Made by a program: the position numbers and the translations under genes
In this document: piece by piece, positions 8,083 to 16,109 of the stretch
How positions within the stretch are numbered: position 1 is the first letter of the stretch
How the letters are laid out: every line of letters starts with the position of its first letter
Origin: an uncultured virus (IMG/VR IMGVR_UViG_2875292628_000003)
Taxonomy: Duplodnaviria; Heunggongvirae; Uroviricota; Caudoviricetes
Virus record (IMG/VR): IMGVR_UViG_2875292628_000003
Reading direction: 5' to 3' (one strand)
DNA: 20,000 nucleotides
The notes under the pieces: generated by a model
Databases searched by the model: none
Told to the model about the DNA's origin: nothing
What the model saw: the letters and a program-made list of their open reading frames with translations, nothing else

Positions 8083-8116
8083 ACCGCTAACCTGTTCGCG
8101 CAGGAAGCGGTTTTTT
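8083..8116 (+). terminator. Terminator-like hairpin oriented antisense to the PR operon, at the cII 3' end
   Basis: ACCGCT-aa-CCTG-ttcgcg-CAGG-a-AGCGGT followed by TTTTT on the + strand. Confidence 0.6.
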
Positions 8117-8477
8117 AATATCCGAGTTCTTCATTAATTCCAAAGTCTTCAATGTCATCTTGAAAAAGATCATCGACTGAACCTAGGCGTCCCATATAAG
8201 CCTTTGATAGATTCAAAAGCGCTGCCAACTTTTCCTTGTGAATTAACTTGTATTTCTTCGGTACGATTTTTAATTCAAGCAAATCCAACATTGCGCAAAC
8301 ATTCTCAATATCTGACAAGCCATTGTTTTTCTTGTCATTTTTAAATCTTGAAAATGTAGTTGGATCTAGCCCCAACTTTTCAGCAATCTGGGAGTTATTA
8401 CTGTTTGCAAGAATGCGTAAAACCCTTGTAATGCTATTTCTCGCACTTGCACTCAATTCGGTTGATACTTTGCTCAT
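8115..8477 (-). CDS. cII: CII-like transcriptional activator
   Basis: Directly downstream of cro. HTH NSQIAEKLGLDPTTFSRFK followed by LDLLELKIVP, resembling the lambda CII family. Confidence 0.75.
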   Translation of the reverse strand: MSKVSTELSASARNSITRVLRILANSNNSQIAEKLGLDPTTFSRFKNDKKNNGLSDIENVCAMLDLLELKIVPKKYKLIHKEKLAALLNLSKAYMGRLGSVDDLFQDDIEDFGINEELGY

Positions 8478-8487
8478 GGTTTAGTTC

Positions 8488-8688
8488 CTAAGCGGTTAAT
8501 TGTTTTGAACAATATTCCTTCCATAAATTTTCTAGTTTTCTTCCTAGATCATATGAAAGGCGTTTCCCACATAACCCGCGCTCTAAATCACTAACGTAAT
8601 TCTGTGAGCACCCGATTTCTGCGGCTATAAATGTCTGAGTAAGACCCTTTTCCCTTAACTCAGAGATCATCTTCTGCCATTGATTCAT
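8488..8688 (-). CDS. cro: Cro-like HTH repressor (66 aa)
   Basis: GLTQTFIAAEIGCSQNYVSDLERG, divergent from cI. Start moved to the ATG at 8688 (GGAG SD) because the longer ORF runs through the operators. Confidence 0.85.
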   Translation of the reverse strand: MNQWQKMISELREKGLTQTFIAAEIGCSQNYVSDLERGLCGKRLSYDLGRKLENLWKEYCSKQLTA

Positions 8689-8713
8689 GGGCGGTCTCCG
8701 ATAATTTTTATTA

Positions 8714-8780
8714 AATATATAGGTTTTCCGATATTTATTCAATAGCCAAACCGATTGAAATATGTATCAGAATTCCGATA
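8714..8780. promoter_or_regulatory. OR operator triplet and PR promoter
   Basis: 16-bp imperfect palindromes (consensus WATCGG-N4-CCGATW): TATAGGTTTTCCGATA 8718-8733, AATAGCCAAACCGATT 8741-8756, TATCAGAATTCCGATA 8765-8780. Minus-strand promoter TTGAAT (8742-8737), 17 bp, TATATT (8719-8714). Confidence 0.8.
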
Positions 8781-8789
8781 GAAGTAACG

Positions 8790-9464
8790 ATGGACAAATT
8801 TATGGCTACTTTGGGCGAAAACTTAAAAGCAATTCGCAAAGCTAAGAAAATGACTCAAAAAGAACTGGCTATGAAGTCAGGTGTCAAACAATCTGTAATT
8901 TCTGATCTCGAAACAGGGAATGCCAAATCGACAGGCTCTATACTTGAGCTGGCTACCGCACTTGGTGTTACCGCAGAAGAGCTAAAAAAAGGAATTGTCA
9001 GTAAGTTTGACAATAATGTTGAGCCTATAACTAAAAAACTAATTCCCGTTCTTTCTTGGGTGCAGGCAGGGACAATGACATCAGTAGAAGCTATCGATCC
9101 TAATAAAATAAATGAATGGTTGCCACCACTTAGTGCAGATGATCCAGATGGTTGTTTTTATTTGAGAGTAGTTGGAGTAAGTAATTCCCCTAGATATGAA
9201 GAGGGAGACTACATTTTAGTTAATCCAAACTATCAAGTTTGCGATCTAATCGCTGATGACCTCATCGTTGTTAGAAATAATTCAGACGCAACCTTTAAGA
9301 AGCTTGTAATTGAAAGCGACCAGCGCAAATACTTGCAAGCATTAAACCCCAACTTCCATCCCAATATTATTGAATTTGAAGATGGTATGGAGCTCGTAGG
9401 CTTAGTTATTGATGCATTTAGACCATTAGGCGGATCACGTCCAAAGCGTGTTAGAAAAAGTTAA
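8790..9464 (+). CDS. cI: CI-like repressor (XRE HTH + S24 autopeptidase)
   Basis: HTH MTQKELAMKSGVKQSVISDLETG, cleavage-site region PVLSWVQAG, catalytic Ser region LRVVGVSNSP, Lys region ATFKKL. Alternative start at 8802. Confidence 0.93.
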   Translation: MDKFMATLGENLKAIRKAKKMTQKELAMKSGVKQSVISDLETGNAKSTGSILELATALGVTAEELKKGIVSKFDNNVEPITKKLIPVLSWVQAGTMTSVEAIDPNKINEWLPPLSADDPDGCFYLRVVGVSNSPRYEEGDYILVNPNYQVCDLIADDLIVVRNNSDATFKKLVIESDQRKYLQALNPNFHPNIIEFEDGMELVGLVIDAFRPLGGSRPKRVRKS

Positions 9465-9484
9465 ATTAAGGTTTTAGGTGATAT

Positions 9485-9700
9485 ATGGACAATTCAAAAC
9501 TACCAATCAACCAGATTATTGCTCGTATCAATGATGCAGCTAAACATGGTGAAGCTTTGGTGCTGACTGCTGAAGAGGTAAAGATTCTTTCTAAAGATAT
9601 TGGCGACAAGGTCTTTATTCCTGTGCTTACTAATGAGCAGGTCGTGCAGTTGGTAAAAGAAGGAAAGCTAGGCCAGAAAATTAATAACACCAAAGATTAA
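9485..9700 (+). CDS. Small hypothetical protein co-oriented with cI
   Basis: 71-aa ORF with AGGTGA SD, 20 bp after cI. Confidence 0.75.
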   Translation: MDNSKLPINQIIARINDAAKHGEALVLTAEEVKILSKDIGDKVFIPVLTNEQVVQLVKEGKLGQKINNTKD

Positions 9701-9704
9701 TAAG

Positions 9705-9727
9705 CTGTGAACCCGACACAGTCTTTT
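9705..9727 (+). terminator. Weak hairpin/terminator after the cI operon
   Basis: CTGTG-aacccga-CACAG followed by TCTTTT. Confidence 0.35.
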
Positions 9728-9832
9728 AAATGTGGGGTATATCACTTATTAGATAGTAATATTTATTGATGTTTTAGTGTGTAATGTGTAGATTGCCAAT
9801 AGTTTTTATAGTAGATATTGGGATTATGCAAT

Positions 9833-12100
9833 ATGTCTAATATTGAGCAAGATACACGTTTTATTGTTAACAATAATTTGATTAACAAGGGCTGGATCTT
9901 GGACATTCAAGATCCAAACAAAAATGTCTTTTTTGAATCAGATATCTTAAGAATTGTTAATAATGAGTTTCTCAAGAAAAGTAAAAAAAGACCCGATTAT
10001 GTTCTTTTCGATTCACAAAATAAGCGGCCAATCGGTGTAATTGAAACGAAATCAGGTGGAAAAAGCTTAACAAAAGCACTGGATCAGGCAACCGAATATG
10101 CTGAAATGCTTGATGCACCTTTGATATTTGCAATGAATAATGGTTTCTGCGAAACACGGCATTTGTATACCCAAAAACCATTATTTATTGATGAAAATGA
10201 GGTTAATGAATTAATAAGAGTAAATGAAGCTAAAGAGTTCATATTGCAGGAAACAAATGGTATTTATATTACACCTAAAGAAATTTTAGTCTCTCGCAAA
10301 GAGTTAATTAATGTTTTCAAGAAGTTAAATAACTCACTAAGAGGTGAAGGTTTAAGAGCTGGTATAGAAAGGCTTTCAGAATTTGCAAACATTCTTTTTT
10401 TAAAATTGTATACAGAGAATGCTAATACAGGTATTTGGAATTCTCTCAAAAGTCTCGATAATGATTTGCTAATTAATACAACTAATAACATACTACAAGA
10501 TATTGATAGACAATATGGTGCTTCTGTTTTTACAAATTTACAGCTAACCAACCCTGTTGCTGTTAAAGAGATGATCAAAGAGTTGGATAAGTTAAAACTC
10601 TCATCAATAGATACCGATATTAAAGGAGATGCTTTTGAGTATTTCTTACAGCAAGCTACAGCAACTAATAATGACTTAGGAGAATATTTTACTCCACGTC
10701 ACATAACTAAAACCATTGTTAACTTAGTCAACCCTAAATATGGTGAAAAGATCTATGACCCTTTTTGTGGGACAGGTGGTTTTTTAACAGAGGCATTTGA
10801 TCATATAAAAGATAACACTTTAATTGCAAACAATAGTAGTGAAGAAATCAAGCTTAAACATAATACTATTTTTGGAAGAGAAATTACCTCAAATGCAAAA
10901 CTCGCAAAAATGAATATGATTCTGCATGGGGATGGGCATAGTGGAATTTGCCAGATAGACACACTTCAAAACCCTATTGAATCTGAATATGATGTGGTTA
11001 TAACCAACATGCCATTTTCTCAAAAAACTTCTTATTCTCACTTATATGAGAATAAGTTAGCTAAAAACGATGGTGATGGAGTATGTGTTCTACATTGCTT
11101 TAAAGCAACAAAAAAAGGAGGGCGAATGGCATTAGTAGTACCTGAAGGCTTTCTTTTTAAAGCCGCTTTAGCTCCAGTAAGGAAGTATTTATTTGAAAAC
11201 GCCCAACTAAAAGCAGTAGTTTCACTTCCAAAAGAAGTTTTTCTGCCATATGCAAAAGTTAAAACCAATATACTCTACTTTACCAACTGTCATAATGGTA
11301 GAACAAATTCTGACGTTTTTTACTACAATGTGACAAATGATGGCCTAAGTTTAGATTCTTTCCGTAGAAAAATTGACGAAAATGATTTAAAAAATTTAGA
11401 TTTTGCTGATTTAAATAAGAGCGACTTTGATAAATATTATAATGAATTAGGTTTCTTAAAAGTTAATCCAGAATTAATCAGAAGCAATGATTATATTTAT
11501 AATTATGCTCACTATAGTAATTCACATATAAAATCAAAATTCCCAACTATAAAACTAAAAGAACTCCTATCCTTGTCTGGCAAAGTCAAAGTGGGAGAGG
11601 ATACAAATATACCTATTATGAGTATCACTATGGAACATGGCTTAATTGATCAGCATGAGAAATTTAAAAAACGAGTCGCAAGTTCTGATATTTCTGGGTA
11701 TAAAAAGGTTTTTAAAAATGAACTTGTAATGGGGTTCCCTATAGATGAAGGTGTTCTAGGATTTCAAAAATATTACGATGCTGCTGCCGTAAGCCCAGCA
11801 TACAAAATCTTTAGATTAAAACGAGAAGTTAATGTAGAATATTTGGATTTGATTTTGAGATCTAATTCTCTAAGAAAAATATACAAAAGTAAAATGCAAG
11901 GCAGTGTAGAGAGACGACGCAGTATTCCTGATGAAATGTTTTTGAATATTGAGATCCCGAATCCTCCTGAAGAGGTTAAAGATCAAATAGTAAAACAACA
12001 TAAACTAATAAAGGAAATTGAGAATAGTCTCAAGGAAAATCAAAAAAAATTGCGTCTAAAGACAGAAGCATTATGGGAACTTCCTCAAAATTACAACTAA
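9833..12100 (+). CDS. Single-chain type IIG/type I-like restriction-modification protein (HsdR_N-like nuclease + N6-adenine MTase + one specificity domain)
   Basis: PD-(D/E)xK motif RPDYVL...VIETK, GEYFTPR, motif I YDPFCGTGGFL, AKMNMILHG, motif IV NMPF, VVPEGFLF, and an HsdS-like tail (VSPAY...GSVERRRSI...IPNPPEEVKDQIV). The ATG at 9833 is preferred over the TTG at 9818. Confidence 0.88.
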   Translation: MSNIEQDTRFIVNNNLINKGWILDIQDPNKNVFFESDILRIVNNEFLKKSKKRPDYVLFDSQNKRPIGVIETKSGGKSLTKALDQATEYAEMLDAPLIFAMNNGFCETRHLYTQKPLFIDENEVNELIRVNEAKEFILQETNGIYITPKEILVSRKELINVFKKLNNSLRGEGLRAGIERLSEFANILFLKLYTENANTGIWNSLKSLDNDLLINTTNNILQDIDRQYGASVFTNLQLTNPVAVKEMIKELDKLKLSSIDTDIKGDAFEYFLQQATATNNDLGEYFTPRHITKTIVNLVNPKYGEKIYDPFCGTGGFLTEAFDHIKDNTLIANNSSEEIKLKHNTIFGREITSNAKLAKMNMILHGDGHSGICQIDTLQNPIESEYDVVITNMPFSQKTSYSHLYENKLAKNDGDGVCVLHCFKATKKGGRMALVVPEGFLFKAALAPVRKYLFENAQLKAVVSLPKEVFLPYAKVKTNILYFTNCHNGRTNSDVFYYNVTNDGLSLDSFRRKIDENDLKNLDFADLNKSDFDKYYNELGFLKVNPELIRSNDYIYNYAHYSNSHIKSKFPTIKLKELLSLSGKVKVGEDTNIPIMSITMEHGLIDQHEKFKKRVASSDISGYKKVFKNELVMGFPIDEGVLGFQKYYDAAAVSPAYKIFRLKREVNVEYLDLILRSNSLRKIYKSKMQGSVERRRSIPDEMFLNIEIPNPPEEVKDQIVKQHKLIKEIENSLKENQKKLRLKTEALWELPQNYN

Positions 12101-12111
12101 TCCCCCCTTCG

Positions 12112-12139
12112 AACCCACCACCACGGTGGGTTTTCTTTT
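12112..12139 (+). terminator. Rho-independent terminator insulating PL from the RM gene
   Basis: AACCCACC-accac-GGTGGGTT followed by TTCTTTT. Confidence 0.8.
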
Positions 12140-12157
12140 GTCTATTAAAGCATAAAA

Positions 12158-12220
12158 AATCGGATTTTCTATAAAAATATCGGATTACCTATTGACTAAT
12201 AATATCGGAAATGCGATATT
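12158..12220 (+). promoter_or_regulatory. OL operator triplet and PL promoter
   Basis: AATCGGATTTTCTATA 12158-12173, TATCGGATTACCTATT 12178-12193, TATCGGAAATGCGATA 12203-12218, all matching the OR consensus. TTGACT (12192-12197), 17 bp, GATATT (12215-12220). Confidence 0.82.
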
Positions 12221-12295
12221 TATCTCACAGACAACAAAAAAGCACACCGCCCCTCCCCAGGTCCGATGTGCTTTTGCAAAACTGCGAGATCAATT

Positions 12296-12736
12296 ATGAA
12301 CGTAAAAGCTCCTCCTTTCAACTCATTTGCATTTGTCAGCATGGCTGCTCTTGCAATTTCTGGTGGTTCTTTAGTTGCTTGCCAATTGCAGCCAGCTTTC
12401 CAAACAAAAGAAGTACCTACTCTTTTTACACCTAAAATTCAACCAAGTACTTACGGTGTGTTAACCGCGAAAATCACAGGTAAAGATTCTGGCGTTGCCG
12501 TCATCAAATTAGATAGCTTCCGTTTAAACGTTAGCTTTGATTTTGAAGCCTATCCAGACAGCTACGGCGTTCCAGGTTCTGAATTCACCGCTGTTGATAT
12601 TACCCAACTCACTGTAAATGAAATCACTGACATTAATGGTAAGTCATATAACGATTTCACCGAATTTGAAGACATCCGAAACATCAATGGTCTTCTAAAA
12701 GGCTTCATCGAACGTAACAAGTTGGTGGAGGCTTAA
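12296..12736 (+). CDS. First PL gene, hypothetical, with candidate lipoprotein signal
   Basis: Starts MNVKAPP (ATG 12296). The hydrophobic segment FAFVSMAALAISGGS is followed by LVAC (lipobox pattern). Confidence 0.7.
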   Translation: MNVKAPPFNSFAFVSMAALAISGGSLVACQLQPAFQTKEVPTLFTPKIQPSTYGVLTAKITGKDSGVAVIKLDSFRLNVSFDFEAYPDSYGVPGSEFTAVDITQLTVNEITDINGKSYNDFTEFEDIRNINGLLKGFIERNKLVEA

Positions 12737-12738
12737 AG

Positions 12739-13062
12739 ATGACTAATTTCAAAAAGCACCCTGATGGCTACATGTCATTTTTAGGCCGTGATGATAAGGG
12801 CCTCTACTCTGTTCGCATTGGCTGGCAAGTGTACGCATCTAATGCTAATGGCTCAGTTCTTTACAAAGTTAAAGACGGAGTTAAGACGCCTTTAAATGTG
12901 TTCAGGTTCCAAACTTCTTATCCAAAAGTTTGGAATGAACTCACCCAAGAAATCGATTTTCAGCGCAGAAAGCAGCTCGCTATAAAACTGCGTGAAACAA
13001 ACATCCCTACCTATGACCGCAAAGCTTATAAAACTAAGCGCGGCTTCACTGGCTCAAGATGA
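12739..13062 (+). CDS. Hypothetical phage early protein
   Basis: 107-aa ORF with GGAGG SD, tightly packed in the operon. Confidence 0.8.
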   Translation: MTNFKKHPDGYMSFLGRDDKGLYSVRIGWQVYASNANGSVLYKVKDGVKTPLNVFRFQTSYPKVWNELTQEIDFQRRKQLAIKLRETNIPTYDRKAYKTKRGFTGSR

Positions 13063-13073
13063 GGATAAGAAAA

Positions 13074-14195
13074 ATGGCGTTACCGATTATTACTGCTGAC
13101 CAAACTTTATTGGTTCAAGCAATTATTGTGTACCTATACGCTGATCCGGGTTTAGGTAAATCATCGATGGGCTTTACTGCGGAAAAAGCAATTTCTTTTG
13201 ACTTTGACCGTGGTGCTCACCGTACTGGTGAATTACGTCGTGGTGCGGTTGTACAGGTTCAACAATGGAGTGATGTTGCAAACCTTACTCCGCAGGACTT
13301 AGCACCATATAAAACCGTAGTCATTGATACCGTGGGTGCAATGCTTGAATGCATTAAAACCCACCTGTTACTTACGGCAAATAACCGTCAAAAAGATGGT
13401 TCTTTAAAGTTAAAGGCTCAAGGTTTAGCGAACCAAACGTTCAAGCAATACATCAATACTTTGATCAGTTTAGGTAAAGATGTTGTTTTCATTGCACACG
13501 CATCAGAAGATCAAAACGGTGATCAAATTATTTACCGACCAGATCTAGGTGGTAAAAACCGCAACGAGCTTTACCGTATCGCAGATGTCATGGGTTATCT
13601 AACAACTGTTACTACTGGTGAAGGTAAAAATGCCCGCGTTATTAATTTCAAACCTTCGCCTACACATCATGCGAAAAACTCTGGTGCTTTAGGCGGTGAA
13701 ACCGGTGAAGTATGGGTACCTGATCTTAAAGCACACCCTACTTTCTTGGCTGACCTGATTACTCAAGCTAAAGATCACATTAACACCTTAACGCCTGCAC
13801 AACTTGCAGCAGCTAAAGCCCAAGAAGAGCTAGAAAACTGGAAACAAAGCTGTGAAGAAGCTGAGCATGCAGGTGACCTTAATCAATTAACTGAGTCGCT
13901 TGATAAAGAACACATGTATTACCAGAACATGCGACAAGCAATGTTAATGAGAGCTAAAGCATTGAATTGCACGTTTGATAAGCAACGTGGCACTTGGATT
14001 AGTCCACCAGAATTTAACGGTATCTCAGATCAACAAAGAGATGAACTTCAAAACTTTATTGCTGAACGTGGCCTCGATGTAAAAACAGTTTGTGAGCATT
14101 TAGGTATCGATGCCCTTATTCAAATTGAAGCTGCAAAGCTACCAGCAGTGAAACAAGAAATTGAAACCTTAGCGAAAACGGGGATGACAGCATGA
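13074..14195 (+). CDS. AAA_24/Sak4-like P-loop ATPase (probable phage recombinase)
   Basis: YLYADPGLGKSS (Walker A), FDFDRG, VVIDT (Walker B), VVFIAH, ADVMGYL. Located in the PL recombination slot. ATG at 13074 with GAGGA SD. Confidence 0.8.
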   Translation: MALPIITADQTLLVQAIIVYLYADPGLGKSSMGFTAEKAISFDFDRGAHRTGELRRGAVVQVQQWSDVANLTPQDLAPYKTVVIDTVGAMLECIKTHLLLTANNRQKDGSLKLKAQGLANQTFKQYINTLISLGKDVVFIAHASEDQNGDQIIYRPDLGGKNRNELYRIADVMGYLTTVTTGEGKNARVINFKPSPTHHAKNSGALGGETGEVWVPDLKAHPTFLADLITQAKDHINTLTPAQLAAAKAQEELENWKQSCEEAEHAGDLNQLTESLDKEHMYYQNMRQAMLMRAKALNCTFDKQRGTWISPPEFNGISDQQRDELQNFIAERGLDVKTVCEHLGIDALIQIEAAKLPAVKQEIETLAKTGMTA

Positions 14196-15268
14196 AAAAT
14201 ATTTTAACTGCTCAAGAAGCATTTGCAGCACTTCAAAAAGGTAAAACTGTTCTATGTCGTCCTATTGGAGACATGTTGGACTTTTCTGACTTAGATCAAT
14301 TCCCCGCTTCTGTTTTTGGTAAACCGGGTTTTGAATTCTGCATCAAAATCGAAACTATTGAGCTGGCTGGCATTACATTCACAAAGCCATTAACTATTGA
14401 TGAATATGAGGAAGGACAGGATGTTTTTGTAATTACTACATATTCGCCTTCTATTTACGTCGTGAATTTTAGAACCACCGCATTAATTGAATCTATTAAT
14501 AGCGGCTTTGTTCAACGTGATGCAGAAAACGCCAAGCTTCAATTAAAAGCACTATCTAAAGCGTTAGGTTTTGAAGTTAGTGACGATTTTAGTGTTATTC
14601 GCCTAGGTGACGAACCAAAGAAACAGCGTGCTAAGAAATCAAAAGGTGCACAGACAGTAGTTGTAGAAAAGACTTCTGAAATTGTTGATGAAGTTAAACA
14701 ACCTACAATTGTTATTACTGAGCAAACAAATGTAACTACTTCTGAAGACTCATTGGTGCAATCCGAAGATATTTCAGAAAATATAGGATCAGCTTTAGAT
14801 AGTGCGATTGTTATTACAGAACAACCTTATGTGTCTTCACCTGAAGATTTTTTAACTCAGCCTACACCTGAGCAAGAAAAAAACAATGAGTATCAGCAAA
14901 CCCTAGATACTCTTCTACAGCGTGTAAAAGAGTCAAAAACACCTGCAGAAGTAAATGCGGTTTATCGTTATACCCGCACATGGGATGACGAACAAATGAA
15001 GCCTATCCTTCTCGCCACTCACAAACGTCTTGAAGAGCTAGAAAAAGAAAAGGCATCTGCTAATGAGCCACCCTCTTTAATGGTTCAAATCCAAACTGCA
15101 CCAGACCTTACAACGCTAGATGCTTTGGAAATAGACGTGGCTGCACGAGATCCGCAGATTCAACCGAAGCTAATGGGGTATGTGAGAAAACGCCGCTATG
15201 AATTAGAGAATCCTACACCTACTCAACAAGAATCTACCCCTGATTATTTATTAGTGGACGGTTTCTAA
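14192..15268 (+). CDS. Hypothetical phage protein, acidic with disordered linker
   Basis: 358-aa ORF with ATGA overlap. IVITEQ occurs twice in the linker. Confidence 0.8.
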   Translation: MKNILTAQEAFAALQKGKTVLCRPIGDMLDFSDLDQFPASVFGKPGFEFCIKIETIELAGITFTKPLTIDEYEEGQDVFVITTYSPSIYVVNFRTTALIESINSGFVQRDAENAKLQLKALSKALGFEVSDDFSVIRLGDEPKKQRAKKSKGAQTVVVEKTSEIVDEVKQPTIVITEQTNVTTSEDSLVQSEDISENIGSALDSAIVITEQPYVSSPEDFLTQPTPEQEKNNEYQQTLDTLLQRVKESKTPAEVNAVYRYTRTWDDEQMKPILLATHKRLEELEKEKASANEPPSLMVQIQTAPDLTTLDALEIDVAARDPQIQPKLMGYVRKRRYELENPTPTQQESTPDYLLVDGF

Positions 15269-15269
15269 C

Positions 15270-15515
15270 ATGAAAGATCAGTACAAGAAAGTGAGCCAAA
15301 AACACATGCTTGGTTTTATGTACTACTTGCAATTGCTGGGCTACGTAATAGTCCGGCAAGGCATGGACCAAGCAATGTTTCTAACAAAGCATTATGCGGT
15401 ACCAGTTGCTTGGCGGCGCATAACGATCGACTATCACAACCGATTAAATAAACCTGCCCAGCAGCTTTATAGAGAGTTTGTTGAGTGGACTAAAGAAGAA
15501 TATTTGAGGGCTTAA
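15270..15515 (+). CDS. Hypothetical phage protein
   Basis: 81-aa ORF starting 1 bp after the upstream stop. Confidence 0.75.
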   Translation: MKDQYKKVSQKHMLGFMYYLQLLGYVIVRQGMDQAMFLTKHYAVPVAWRRITIDYHNRLNKPAQQLYREFVEWTKEEYLRA

Positions 15516-15517
15516 AA

Positions 15518-15898
15518 ATGTTTGATTTGAATAAGGAAAGAGAGGCTTTTCTAAATACCTTCCAATATTACAAAGGAAGAAGAGACATTATTTTTAGTCA
15601 TGAGCATGAACTGTTTATGACTAGATCAAACAATCCTTCTGAAATTGCTCAGAAAGAAATAAGCAACATGAATAGCCGTTGGGATGCTTGGCTTAGATGT
15701 GCAAAGCATCGTGATGCAGAGCTAGAAAAAGCCAAAGCTCAGTCGGTGCCAGAGGGTTATGTTCTTTTACCAAGAGTTCCAACAGAAAAGATGTTCCAAG
15801 CATACGAACGATATTCAGTCGCGCCGATGTCGACGCTGAGTAAAACCGGATATAAGGCAATGGTTGAAGCAGCAGGTGATCAAAATGAAAGCTCTTAA
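15518..15898 (+). CDS. Hypothetical phage protein (Ead/Eaa-like mosaic with VPEGYVLLPRVPTEKM motif)
   Basis: 126-aa ORF with GAGGG SD. The VPEG-x-V-x-x-P motif is typical of lambdoid early accessory genes. Confidence 0.75.
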   Translation: MFDLNKEREAFLNTFQYYKGRRDIIFSHEHELFMTRSNNPSEIAQKEISNMNSRWDAWLRCAKHRDAELEKAKAQSVPEGYVLLPRVPTEKMFQAYERYSVAPMSTLSKTGYKAMVEAAGDQNESS

Positions 15899-16109
15899 AA
15901 TTACTTGGCTTGATGCTTGCTCTAATTGTGGTTTTGGCGACTATGCAGAAATAACAACTGAACGTGGCATTGGGTGCTACTTGTGGAATGGGGACAAGGT
16001 TCAGTGTCCTAATTGCAATCACAAGGGTGAAATAGAATGTGATTCAGGGTTTGCCTTTGTCAATTGGTATGAAGTTGAAGAAGCAAGCGAATCGGGAGCT
16101 GAGGGATGA
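15885..16109 (+). CDS. Small zinc-ribbon protein
   Basis: CSNC...CPNC. The ATG at 15885 has an AGGTGA SD. Confidence 0.7.
   Translation: MKALKITWLDACSNCGFGDYAEITTERGIGCYLWNGDKVQCPNCNHKGEIECDSGFAFVNWYEVEEASESGAEG

Noticed and set aside
8689..8742. N-terminal 18-aa extension of Cro in the ORF track
   Set aside because: It begins at the PR -35 box and runs through the operators. The ATG at 8688 has a proper SD.
273..11268. Antisense ORFs from the track (273-467, 717-935, 4668-4898, 5827-6051, 6133-6360, 6715-6906, 7272-7580, 8248-8484, 9466-9693, 9972-10181, 10264-10578, 11038-11268)
   Set aside because: They lie opposite well-supported genes, are short, and show no recognisable motifs, so they are treated as shadow ORFs.
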